Shown: positions 63,458-63,845 of the stretch, one piece after another
Layout: every line of letters starts with the position of its first letter
Numbering within the stretch: position 1 is the first letter of the stretch
From: Podarcis bocagei
Taxonomy: Eukaryota
Length of the DNA stretch: 63,845 bases
Strand: one strand, 5' to 3'
Assembly: GCA_964188305.1 (NCBI GenBank)
Contig: OZ076885.1
Translations under genes and position numbers: made by a program
The notes under the pieces: generated by a model
What the model saw: only the letters and a program-made list of their open reading frames with translations
The model's database searches: none
Told to the model about the DNA's origin: nothing

Positions 63458-63845
63458 GGGGTAGCCAGCCTCTTAGAGCCATTCTGAACCTCTTTAGTCA
63501 GCAGGGCAGAGTTGGGCTTGGATGAGGGAGATGGGCCTTCATGTCTTAGATTTGCCACAGACCCACAGCATGGCCAGGGCAAAGTCACCTTGGTCTCAAC
63601 TCCCCACCTGTAAAATGGCAATGATGCAAATATGCCCCTATGAGTGCACAGCTGTGCCCTAACAGGTGACTGGGAACTGGATGAGCCCAGGACTGAGGAA
63701 AAGGGCATGAGGAAAAGCAGAAGAATCATAGGATCCAATGAAGAGTGGGGGGGGGGGCGGCGGGTGGAAATGAGGAAAGGGACTATTTATTTAAAATATT
63801 TGTACCATGCTCGGCACGGGGCTCCAAAGCAGGGAGAGGAGACAA

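Noticed and set aside
63365-63738. N-terminal part of the 242-aa minus-strand ORF
   Set aside because: LARGE2 intron with SINE fragments; homology starts at the acceptor at 63364

Overview
Vertebrate genomic DNA, most likely a lacertid lizard judging from the SINE and retroelement families present. The + strand carries the 3' part of PHF21A (BHC80, the PHD-finger H3K4me0 reader of the LSD1-CoREST complex). Fourteen coding exons lie between 20668 and the stop at 52856, and all splice phases join into an open frame. They include the 23-nt neuronal microexon (ANEEHWPK) and the mutually exclusive AT-hook exon. The first coding exons are upstream of the window, and the 3'UTR probably runs to about 59.2 kb. 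The last two coding exons of LARGE2 (GYLTL1B) lie tail-to-tail on the - strand at 62849-63364. The introns hold several mobile elements: a young 5'-truncated L1 with target-site duplication, a deleted Tigger/pogo transposon with an inverted MITE partner that itself contains a SINE, hAT-type MITEs (one with TTAGGG repeats), and CR1/L2/SINE relics. A family of palindromic, TSD-flanked Penelope-like inserts carries minimal hammerhead-ribozyme motifs; the best-preserved copy lies in the putative PHF21A 3'UTR. Two unannotated candidate micro/poison exons flank the microexon/AT-hook switch. Three N-runs hide sequence. No wholly new system is proven. The strongest leads are the UTR hammerhead palindrome and the extra candidate exons.
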